This document shows, piece by piece, positions 35,701 through 47,300 of a stretch of 64,000 nucleotides of DNA. The notes beneath the pieces were generated by a model, which saw nothing but the letters and a program-made list of their open reading frames with translations, ran no database searches and was not told the origin of the DNA. Position 1 is the first letter of the stretch. Each line of letters starts with the position of its first letter. The position numbers and the translations under genes are program-made. The DNA lies in NCBI GenBank assembly GCA_964016885.1, contig CAXHJY010000096.1, positions 558,001 through 622,000 of the forward strand, read 5' to 3'. This DNA comes from Eledone cirrhosa (Eukaryota).

Positions 35701-38700
35701 GAGATAATTTGTAAAAAAAATCAAGGGGAGATAATTTCCAGCCGTGCAAGGGGAGATAATTTCCAGCCGTCCAAGGGGAGATAATTTACATCCTTCCAAG
35801 GGGAGATAATTTCCAGCCGTCCAAGGGGAGATAATTTCCCGCCAGCCAAGGGAAGATAATTTTTAAAAAAATCAGGGGGAGATAATTTGTAAAAAAAAAA
35901 TCAGGGGGAGATAATTTGTAAAAAAAAATCAAGGGGAGATAATTTGTAAAAAAAATCAGGGGGAGATAATTTGTAAAAAAAATCAGGGGGAGATAATTTG
36001 TAAAAAAATCAGGGGGAGATAATTTGTAAAAAAAAAATCAGGGGGAGATAATTTGTAAAAAAAAATCAAGGGGAGATAATTTGTAAAAAAAAATCAGGGG
36101 GAGATAATTTGTAAAAAAAATCAGGGGGAGATAATTTGTAAAAAAATCAGGGGGAGATAATTTGTAAAAAAAAATCAGGGGGAGATAATTTGTAAAAAAA
36201 AATCAGGGGGAGATAATTTGTAAAAAAAATCAGGGGGAGATAATTTGTAAAAAAAATCAGGGGGAGATAATTTGTAAAAAAAATCAGGGGGAGATAATTT
36301 GTAAAAAAAATCAAGGGGAGATAATTTGCAGCCGTCCAAGGGGAGATAATCTTCAGCCGTCCAAGGAGAGGTAATTTCTAGCCGTCCAAGGGGAGATAAT
36401 TTCCAGCCGTCCAAGGGGAGATAATTTCCAGCCGTCCAAGGGGAGATAATTTTTTTTAAAAATCAGGCGGAGATAATTTGTAAAAAAAAAAATCAGGGGG
36501 AGATAATTTGTAAAAAAAAATCAGGGGGAGATAATTTGTAAAAAAAAATCAGGGGGAGATAATTTGTAAAAAAAATCAAGGGGAGATAATTTCCAGCCGT
36601 CCAAGGGAAGATAATTTCCAGCCCTCCAAGGGGCTATAATTTCCAGCGTCCAAGGGGAGATAATTTCCAGCCAGCGAAGGGGAGATAATTTTTTTTTAAA
36701 AAATCATGCGGGGATAATTTGTAAAAAAAATCAGGGGGAGATAATTTGTAAAAAAAATCAAGGGGAGATAATTTCCAGCCGTCCAAAGAGAGATAATTTC
36801 TAGCCGTCCAAGGGGAGATAATTTCCAGCCGTCCAAGGGGAGATAATTTCCCGCCAGCCAAGGGAAGATAATTTTTTAAAAAATCAGGCGGAGATTGTAA
36901 AAAAAATCAGGGGGAGATAATTTGTAAAAAAATCAGGGGGAGATAATTTGTAAAAAAAAAATCAGGGGGAGATAATTTGTAAAAAAAAATCAGAGGGAGA
37001 TAATTTGTAAAAAAAAATCAGGGGGAGATAATTTGTAAAAAAAATCAGGGGTAGATAATTTGTAAAAAAAATCAGGGGGAGATAATTTGTAAAAAAAATC
37101 AGGGGGAGATAATTTGTAAAAAAAATCAGGGGGAGATAATTTGTAAAAAAAATCAAGGGGAGATAATTTGCAGCCGTCCAAGGGGAGATAATTTTCAGCC
37201 GTCCAAGGAGAGGTAATTTCTAGCCGTCCAAGGGGAGATAATTTCCAGCCGTCCAAGGGGAGATAATTTCCAGCCGTCCAAGGGGAGATAATTTTTTTTT
37301 AAAAATCAGGCGGCGATAATTTGTAAAAAAAAAAATCAGGGGGAGATAATTTGTAAAAAAAAATCAGGGGGAGATAATTTGTAAAAAAAAATCAGGGGGA
37401 GATAATTTGTAAAAAAAATTAAGGGGAGATAATTTTCAGCCGTCCAAGGGAAGATAATTTCCAGCCCTCCAAGGGGCTATAATTTCCAGCGTCCAAGGGG
37501 AGATAATTTCCAGCCAGCGAAGGGGAGATAATTTTTTTTTTTAAAATCATGCGGGGATAATTTGTAAAAAAAATCAGGGGGAGATAATTTGTAAAAAAAA
37601 TCAAGGGGAGATAATTTCCAGCCGTCCAAAGAGAGATAATTTCTAGCCGTCCAAGGGGAGATAATTTCCAGCCGTCCAAGGGGAGATAATTTCCCGCCAG
37701 CCAAAGGAAGATAATTTTTTAAAAAATCAGGCGGAGATTGTAAAAAAAATCAGGGGGAGATAATTTGTAAAAAAAATCAGGGGGAGATAATTTGTAAAAA
37801 AAATCAGGGGGAGATAATTTGTAAAAAAAATCAGGGGGAGATAATTTGTAAAAAAATCAGGGGGAGATAATTTGTAAAAAAAAAATCAGGGGGAGATAAT
37901 TTGTAAAAAAAAATCAAGGGGAGATAATTTGTAAAAAAAAATCAGGGGGAGATAATTTGTAAAAAAAATCAGGGGGAGATAATTTGTAAAAAAATCAGGG
38001 GGAGATAATTTGTAAAAAAAAATCAGGGGGAGATAATTTGTAAAAAAAAATCAGGGGGAGATAATTTGTAAAAAAAATCAGGGGGAGATAATTTGTAAAA
38101 AAAATCAGGGGGAGATAATTTGTAAAAAAAATCAAGGGGAGATAATTTGCAGCCGTCCAAGGGGAGATAATCTTCAGCCGTCCAAGGAGAGGTAATTTCT
38201 AGCCGTCCAAGGGGAGATAATTTCCAGCCGTCCAAGGGGAGATAATTTCCAGCCGTCCAAGGGGAGATAATTTTTTTTAAAAATCAGGCGGAGATAATTT
38301 GTAAAAAAAAAAATCAGGGGGAGATAATTTGTAAAAAAAAATCAGGGGGAGATAATTTGTAAAAAAAAATCAGGGGGAGATAATTTGTAAAAAAAATCAA
38401 GGGGAGATAATTTCCAGCCGTCCAAGGGAAGATAATTTCCAGCCCTCCAAGGGGCTATAATTTCCAGCGTCCAAGGGGAGATAATTTCCAGCCAGCGAAG
38501 GGGAGATAATTTTTTTTTAAAAAATCATGCGGGGATAATTTGTAAAAAAAATCAGGGGGAGATAATTTGTAAAAAAAATCAAGGGGAGATAATTTCCAGC
38601 CGTCCAAAGAGAGATAATTTCTAGCCGTCCAAGGGGAGATAATTTCCAGCCGTCCAAGGGGAGATAATTTCCCGCCAGCCAAGGGAAGATAATTTTTTAA

Positions 38701-39700
38701 AAAATCAGGCGGAGATTGTAAAAAAAATCAGGGGGAGATAATTTGTAAAAAAATCAGGGGGAGATAATTTGTAAAAAAAAAATCAGGGGGAGATAATTTG
38801 TAAAAAAAAATCAGAGGGAGATAATTTGTAAAAAAAAATCAGGGGGAGATAATTTGTAAAAAAAATCAGGGGTAGATAATTTGTAAAAAAAATCAGGGGG
38901 AGATAATTTGTAAAAAAAATCAGGGGGAGATAATTTGTAAAAAAAATCAGGGGGAGATAATTTGTAAAAAAAATCAAGGGGAGATAATTTGCAGCCGTCC
39001 AAGGGGAGATAATTTTCAGCCGTCCAAGGAGAGGTAATTTCTAGCCGTCCAAGGGGAGATAATTTCCAGCCGTCCAAGGGGAGATAATTTCCAGCCGTCC
39101 AAGGGGAGATAATTTTTTTTTAAAAATCAGGCGGAGATAATTTGTAAAAAAAAAAATCAGGGGGAGATAATTTGTAAAAAAAAATCAGGGGGAGATAATT
39201 TGTAAAAAAAAATCAGGGGGAGATAATTTGTAAAAAAAATTAAGGGGAGATAATTTTCAGCCGTCCAAGGGAAGATAATTTCCAGCCCTCCAAGGGGCTA
39301 TAATTTCCAGCGTCCAAGGGGAGATAATTTCCAGCCAGCGAAGGGGAGATAATTTTTTTTTTTTAAATCATGCGGGGATAATTTGTAAAAAAAATCAGGG
39401 GGAGATAATTTGTAAAAAAAATCAAGGGGAGATAATTTCCAGCCGTCCAAAGAGAGATAATTTCTAGCCGTCCAAGGGGAGATAATTTCCAGCCGTCCAA
39501 GGGGAGATAATTTCCCGCCAGCCAAAGGAAGATAATTTTTTAAAAAATCAGGCGGAGATTGTAAAAAAAATCAGGGGGAGATAATTTGTAAAAAAAATCA
39601 GGGGGAGATAATTTGTAAAAAAAATCAGGGGGAGATAATTTGTAAAAAAAATCAGGGGGAGATAATTTGTAAAAAAATCAGGGGGAGATAATTTGTAAAA
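24930..39700 (+). repeat. ~7.1-7.6 kb tandem higher-order repeat (two copies, junction near 32,060)
   Basis: ORFs 25158/32285, 26114/33241, 26916/34043, 27208/34335 and 27619/34746 are all offset by 7,127. ORFs 28545/36175 are offset by 7,630 after a ~503 bp indel. Confidence 0.85.
28300..32050 (+). repeat. 1,821 bp higher-order repeat, two copies
   Basis: ORFs 28545/30366, 29305/31126 and 29762/31583 are offset by 1,821. Marker GATAATCTTCAG occurs once per unit. Confidence 0.9.
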
Positions 39701-41450
39701 AAAAAATCAGGGGGAGATAATTTGTAAAAAAAAATCAAGGGGAGATAATTTGTAAAAAAAAATCAGGGGGAGATAATTTGTAAAAAAAATCAGGGGGAGA
39801 TAATTTGTAAAAAAATCAGGGGGAGATAATTTGTAAAAAAAAATCAGGGGGAGATAATTTGTAAAAAAAAATCAGGGGGAGATAATTTGTAAAAAAAATC
39901 AGGGGGAGATAATTTGTAAAAAAAATCAGGGGGAGATAATTTGTAAAAAAAATCAAGGGGAGATAATTTGCAGCCGTCCAAGGGGAGATAATCTTCAGCC
40001 GTCCAAGGAGAGGTAATTTCTAGCCGTCCAAGGGGAGATAATTTCCAGCCGTCCAAGGGGAGATAATTTCCAGCCGTCCAAGGGGAGATAATTTTTTTTA
40101 AAAATCAGGCGGAGATAATTTGTAAAAAAAAAAATCAGGGGGAGATAATTTGTAAAAAAAAATCAGGGGGAGATAATTTGTAAAAAAAAATCAGGGGGAG
40201 ATAATTTGTAAAAAAAATCAAGGGGAGATAATTTCCAGCCGTCCAAGGGAAGATAATTTCCAGCCCTCCAAGGGGCTATAATTTCCAGCGTCCAAGGGGA
40301 GATAATTTCCAGCCAGCGAAGGGGAGATAATTTTTTTTTAAAAAATCATGCGGGGATAATTTGTAAAAAAAATCAGGGGGAGATAATTTGTAAAAAAAAT
40401 CAAGGGGAGATAATTTCCAGCCGTCCAAAGAGAGATAATTTCTAGCCGTCCAAGGGGAGATAATTTCCAGCCGTCCAAGGGGAGATAATTTCCCGCCAGC
40501 CAAGGGAAGATAATTTTTTAAAAAATCAGGCGGAGATTGTAAAAAAAATCAGGGGGAGATAATTTGTAAAAAAATCAGGGGGAGATAATTTGTAAAAAAA
40601 AAATCAGGGGGAGATAATTTGTAAAAAAAAATCAGAGGGAGATAATTTGTAAAAAAAAATCAGGGGGAGATAATTTGTAAAAAAAATCAGGGGTAGATAA
40701 TTTGTAAAAAAAATCAGGGGGAGATAATTTGTAAAAAAAATCAGGGGGAGATAATTTGTAAAAAAAATCAGGGGGAGATAATTTGTAAAAAAAATCAAGG
40801 GGAGATAATTTGCAGCCGTCCAAGGGGAGATAATTTTCAGCCGTCCAAGGAGAGGTAATTTCTAGCCGTCCAAGGGGAGATAATTTCCAGCCGTCCAAGG
40901 GGAGATAATTTCCAGCCGTCCAAGGGGAGATAATTTTTTTTTAAAAATCAGGCGGAGATAATTTGTAAAAAAAAAAATCAGGGGGAGATAATTTGTAAAA
41001 AAAAATCAGGGGGAGATAATTTGTAAAAAAAAATCAGGGGGAGATAATTTGTAAAAAAAATTAAGGGGAGATAATTTTCAGCCGTCCAAGGGAAGATAAT
41101 TTCCAGCCCTCCAAGGGGCTATAATTTCCAGCGTCCAAGGGGAGATAATTTCCAGCCAGCGAAGGGGAGATAATTTTTTTTTTTTAAATCATGCGGGGAT
41201 AATTTGTAAAAAAAATCAGGGGGAGATAATTTGTAAAAAAAATCAAGGGGAGATAATTTCCAGCCGTCCAAAGAGAGATAATTTCTAGCCGTCCAAGGGG
41301 AGATAATTTCCAGCCGTCCAAGGGGAGATAATTTCCCGCCAGCCAAAGGAAGATAATTTTTTAAAAAATCAGGCGGAGATTGTAAAAAAAATCAGGGGGA
41401 GATAATTTGTAAAAAAAATCAGGGGGAGATAATTTGTAAAAAAAATCAGG
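35950..41450 (+). repeat. 1,821 bp higher-order repeat, three copies
   Basis: ORFs 36634/38455/40276, 36962/38783/40604 and 37477/39298/41119 are each offset by 1,821. Confidence 0.92.
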
Positions 41451-42249
41451 GGGAGATAATTTGTAAAAAAAATCAGGGGGAGATAATTTGTAAAAAAAAA
41501 TCAGGGGGAGATAATTTGTAAAAAAAATCAGGGGGAGATAATTTGTAAAAAAAATCAGGGGGAGATAATTTGTAAAAAAAATCAAGGGGAGATAATTTGC
41601 AGCCGTCCAAGGGGAGATAATTTTCAGCCGTCCAAGGAGAGGTAATTTCTAGCCGTCCAAGGCGAGATAATTTCCAGCCGTCCAAGGGGAGATAATTTCC
41701 AGCCGTCCAAGGGGAGATAATTTTTTTAAAAAAATCAGGCGGAGATAATTTGTAAAAAAAAAATCAGGGGGAGATAATTTGTAAAAAAAAATCAGTGGGA
41801 GATAATTTGTAAAAAAAAATCAGGGGGAGATAATTTGTAAAAAAAATCAAGGGGAGATAATTTCCAGCCGTCCAAGGGAAGATAATTTCCAGCCCTCCAA
41901 GGGGCTATAATTTCCAGCGTCCAAGGGGAGATAATTTCCAGCCAGCGAAGGGGAGATAATTTTTTTTTTAAAAATCATGGGGGGATAATTTGTAAAAAAA
42001 AATCAGGGGGAGATAATTTGTAAAAAAAAATCAGGGGAGATAATTTGTAAAAAAAATCAGGGGGAGATAATTTGTAAAAAAAAATCAGGGGAAGATAATT
42101 TGTAAAAAAAATCAAGCGGAGATAATTTGCAGCCGTCCAAGGGGAGATAATTTCCCGCCAGCCAAGGAGAGATAATATTTAAAAAAATCAGGCGGAGATA
42201 ATTTGTAAAAAAAATCAGGGGGAGATAATTTGTAAAAAAAATCAGGGGG

Positions 42250-44340
42250 AGATAATTTCCAGCCGTCCAAGGGGAGATAATTTTCAGCCGTCCAAGGAGA
42301 GGTAATTTCTAGCCGTCCAAGGGGAGATAATTTCCAGCCGTCCAAGGGGAGATAATTTCCAGCCGTCCAAGGGGAGATAATTTCCAGCCGTCCAAGGAGA
42401 CATATTTTCCAGCCGTCCAAGGAGAGGTAATTTCTAGCCGTCCAAGGGGAGATAAATTCCTGCCTCCAAGGGGAGATAATTTCCAGCCAGCCAAGGGGAG
42501 ATAATTTGTAAAAAAATCAGGGGGAGATAATTTGTAAAAAAAATCAGGGGGAGATAATTTGTAAAAAAAAATCAGGGGGAGATAATTTGTAAAAAAAAAT
42601 CAGGGGAGATAATTTGTAAAAAAAATCAGGTGGAGATAATTTGTAAAAAAAATCAAGGGGAGATAATTTCCAGCCGTCCAAGGGGAGATAATTTTCAATT
42701 GTCCAAGGAGAGGTAATTTCTAGCCGTCCAAGGAGAGATAATTTCCAGCCGTCCAAGGGGAGATAATTTCCAGCCGTCCAAGGGGAGATGATTTTTTAAA
42801 AAAAATCAGGCGGAGATAAGTTGTAAAAAAAAATCAGGGGGAGATAATTTGTAAAAAAAAATCAGGGGGAGATAATTTGTAAAAAAAAATCAGGGGGAGA
42901 TAATTTGTAAAAAAAATCAAGGGGAGATAATTTCCAGCCGTCCAAGGGAAGATAATTTCCAGCCCTCCAAGGGGCTATAATTTCCAGCGTCCAAGGGGAG
43001 ATAATTTCCAGCCAGCGAAGGGGAGATAATTTTTTTAAAAAAATCACTGGGATATTTGTAAAAAAAATCAGGGGGAGATAATTTGTAAAAAAAATCAAGG
43101 GGAGATAATTTACAGCCGTCCAAAGAGAGATAATTTCTAGCCGTCCAAGGGGAGATAATTTCCAGCCTTCCAAGGGGAGATAATTTTTTAAAAAATCAGG
43201 TGGAGATAATTTGTAAAAAAAATCAGTGGAAGATAATTTGTAAAAAGAAAATCAAGGGCAGATAATTTCCAGCCGTCCAAGGGGAGATAATTTCCCGCCA
43301 GCCAAGGGAAGATAATATTTAAAAAAATCAGGCGGAGATAATTTGTAAAAAAAATCAGGGGGAGATAATTTGTAAAAAAATCAGGGGGAGATAATTTGTA
43401 AAAGAAAAATCAGGGGGAGATAATTTGTAAAAAGAAAATCAAGGGGAGATAATTTCCAGCCGTCCAAGGGGAGATAATTTCCCGCCAGCCAAGGAGAGAT
43501 AATATTTAAAAAAATCAGGCGGAGATAATTTGTAAAAAAAATCAGGGGGAGATAATTTGTAAAAAAAATCAGGGGGAGATAATTTGTAAAAAAAATCAGG
43601 GGGAGATAATTTGTAAAAAAAAAATCAGGGGGAGATAATTTGTAAAAAAATCAAGGGGAGATAATTTCCAGCCGTCCAAGGGGAGATAATTTTCAGCCGT
43701 CCAAGGAGAGGTAATTTCTAGCCGTCCAAGGGGAGATAATTTCCAGCCGTCCAAGGGGAGATAATTTCCAGCCGTCCAACGGGAGATAATTTTAAAAAAA
43801 AAATCAGGCGGAGATAATTTGTAAACAAAAATCAGGGGGAGATAATTTGTAAAAAAAAATCAGGGGGAGATAATTTGTAAAAAAAAATCAGGGGGAGATA
43901 ATTTGTAAAAAAAATCAAGGGGAGATAATTTCCAGCCGTCCAAGGGGAGGTAATATCTAGCCATCCAAGGGGAGATAATTTCCAGCCGTCCAAGGGGAGA
44001 TAATTTCCAGCCGTCCAAGGGGAGATAATTTCCAGCCGTCCAAGGAGACATATTTTCCAGCCGTCCAAGGAGAGGTAATTTCTAGCCGTCCAAGGGGAGA
44101 TAAATTCCAGCCTCCAAGGGGAGATAATTTCCAGCCAGCCAAGGGGAGATAATTTGTAAAAAAATCAGGGGGAGATAATTTGTAAAAAAAATCAGGGGGA
44201 GATAATTTGTAACAAAAAATCAGGGGGAGATAATTTGTAAAAAAAAATCAGGGGGAGATAATTTGTAAAAAAAATCAGGGGGAGATAATTTGTAAAGAAA
44301 ATCAAGGGGAGTTAATTTCCAGCCGTCCAAGGGGAGATAA
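42250..44340 (+). repeat. Divergent monomer island, longest version (two long B blocks)
   Basis: Carries the same rare variants as 9,980-11,160, plus TTCAATTGTCC, GTAATATCTAGCCATCC, CCAACGGGAG, GTAAACAAAAA, GTAACAAAAAA and GTAAAGAAAA. Confidence 0.88.
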
Positions 44341-47300
44341 TTTTTTTTAAAAAATCAAGCGGAGATAATTTGTAAAAAAAAAATCAGGGGGAGATAATTT
44401 GTAAAAAAAAATCAGGGGGAGATAATTTGTAAAAAAAAATCAGGGGGAGATAATTTGTAAAAAAACATCAAGGGGAGATAATTTCCAGCCGTCCAAGGGA
44501 AGATAATTTCCAGCCGTCCAAGGGAAGATAATTTCCAGCCCTCCAAGGGGCTATAATTTCCAGCGTCCAAGGGGAGATAATTTCCAGCCAGCGAAGGGGA
44601 GATAATTTTTTTTTTAAAAATCAGGGGGAGATAATTTGTAAAAAAAATCAGGGGGAGATAATTTGTAAAAAAAAATCAGGGGGAGATAATTTGTAAAAAA
44701 AAATCAGGGGGAGATAATTTGTAAAAAAAATCAAGGGGAGATAATTTCCAGCCGTGCAAGGGGAGATAATTTCCAGCCGTCCAAGGGGAGATAATTTACA
44801 TCCTTCCAAGGGGAGATAATTTCCAGCCGTCCAAGGGGAGATAATTTCCCGCCAGCCAAGGGAAGATAATTTTTAAAAAAATCAGGGTGAGATAATTTGT
44901 AAAAAAAAAATCAGGGGGAGATAATTTGTAAAAAAAAATCAAGGGGAGATAATTTGTAAAAAAAATCAGGGGGAGATAATTTGTAAAAAAAATCAGGGGG
45001 AGATAATTTGTAAAAAAATCAGGGGGAGATAATTTGTAAAAAAAAATCAGGGGGAGATAATTTGTAAAAAAAAATCAAGGGGAGATAATTTGTAAAAAAA
45101 AATCAGGGGGAGATAATTTGTAAAAAAAATCAAGGGGAGATAATTTGCAGCCGTCGAAGGGGAGATAATTTTCAGCCGTCCAAGGAGAGATAATTTCTAG
45201 CCGTCCAAGGGGAGATAATTTCCAGCCGTCCAAGGGGAGATAATTTCCAGCCGTCCAAGGGGAGATAATTTTTTTTTAAAAATCAAGCGGAGATAATTTG
45301 TAAAAAAAAAATCAGGGGGAAATAATTTGTAAAAAAAAATCAGGGGGAGATAATTTGTAAAAAAAAATCAGGGGGAGATAATTTGTAAAAAAAATCAAGG
45401 GGAGATAATTTCCAGCCGTCCAAGGGAAGATAATTTCCAGCCGTCCAAGGGAAGATAATTTCCAGCCCTCCAAGGGGCTATAATTTCCAGCGTCCAAGGG
45501 GAGATAATTTCCAGCCAGCGAAGGGGAGATAATTTTTTTTTATAAAATCAGGGGGAGATAATTTGTAAAAAAAATCAGGGGGAGATAATTTGTAAAAAAA
45601 AATCAGGGGGAGATAATTTGTAAAAAAAAATCAGGGGGAGATAATTTGTAAAAAAAATCAAGGGGAGATAATTTCCAGCCGTGCAAGGGGAGATAATTTC
45701 CAGCCGTCCAAGGGGAGATAATTTACATCCTTCCAAGGGGAGATAATTTCCAGCCGTCCAAGGGGAGATAATTTCCCGCCAGCCAAGGGAAGATAATTTT
45801 TAAAAAAATCAGGGGGAGATAATTTGTAAAAAAAAAATCAGGGGGAGATAATTTGTAAAAAAAAATCAAGGGGAGATAATTTGTAAAAAAAATCAGGGGG
45901 AGATAATTTGTAAAAAAAATCAGGGGGAGATAATTTGTAAAAAAATCAGGGGGAGATAATTTGTAAAAAAAAAATCAGGGGGAGATAATTTGTAAAAAAA
46001 AATCAAGGGGAGATAATTTGTAAAAAAAAATCAGGGGGAGATAATTTGTAAAAAAAATCAGGGGGAGATAATTTGTAAAAAAAATCAGGGGGAGATAATT
46101 TGTAAAAAAAAATCAGGGGGAGATAATTTGTAAAAAAAAATCAGGGGGAGATAATTTGTAAAAAAAATCAGGGGGAGATAATTTGTAAAAAAAATCAGGG
46201 GGAGATAATTTGTAAAAAAAATCAAGGGGAGATAATTTGCAGCCGTCCAAGGGGAGATAATTTTCAGCCGTCCAAGGAGAGATAATATTTAAAAAAATCA
46301 GGCGGAGATAATTTGTAAAAAAAATCAGGGGGAGATAATTTGTAAAAAAAATCAGGGGGAGATAATTTCCAGCCGTCCAAGGGGAGATAATTTTCAGCCG
46401 TCCAAGGAGAGGTAATTTCTAGCCGTCCAAGGGGAGATAATTTCCAGCCGTCCAAGGGAAGATAATTTCCAGCCCTCCAAGGGGCTATAATTTCCAGCGT
46501 CCAAGGGGAGATAATTTCCAGCCAGCGAAGGGGAGATAATTTTTTTTTTAAAAATCAGGGGGAGATAATTTGTAAAAAAAATCAGGGGGAGATAATTTGT
46601 AAAAAAAAATCAGGGGGAGATAATTTGTAAAAAAAAATCAGGGGGAGATAATTTGTAAAAAAAATCAAGGGGAGATAATTTCCAGCCGTGCAAGGGGAGA
46701 TAATTTCCAGCCGTCCAAGGGGAGATAATTTACATCCTTCCAAGGGGAGATAATTTCCAGCCGTCCAAGGGGAGATAATTTCCCGCCAGCCAAGGGAAGA
46801 TAATTTTTAAAAAAATCAGGGGGAGATAATTTGTAAAAAAAAAATCAGGGGGAGATAATTTGTAAAAAAAAATCAAGGGGAGATAATTTGTAAAAAAAAT
46901 CAGGAGGAGATAATTTGTAAAAAAAATCAGGGGGAGATAATTTGTAAAAAAATCAGGGGGAGATAATTTGTAAAAAAAAATCAGGGGGAGATAATTTGTA
47001 AAAAAAAATCAAGGGGAGATAATTTGTAAGAAAAAATCAGGGGGAGATAATTTGTAAAAAAAAATCAGGGGGAGATAATTTGTAAAAAAAATCAAGGGGA
47101 GATAATTTGCAGCCGTCGAAGGGGAGATAATTTTCAGCCGTCCAAGGAGAGATAATTTCTAGCCGTCCAAGGGGAGATAATTTCCAGCCGTCCAAGGGGA
47201 GATAATTTCCAGCCGTCCAAGGGGAGATAATTTTTTTTAAAAAATCAAGCGGAGATAATTTGTAAAAAAAAAATCAGGGGGAGATAATTTGTAAAAAAAA

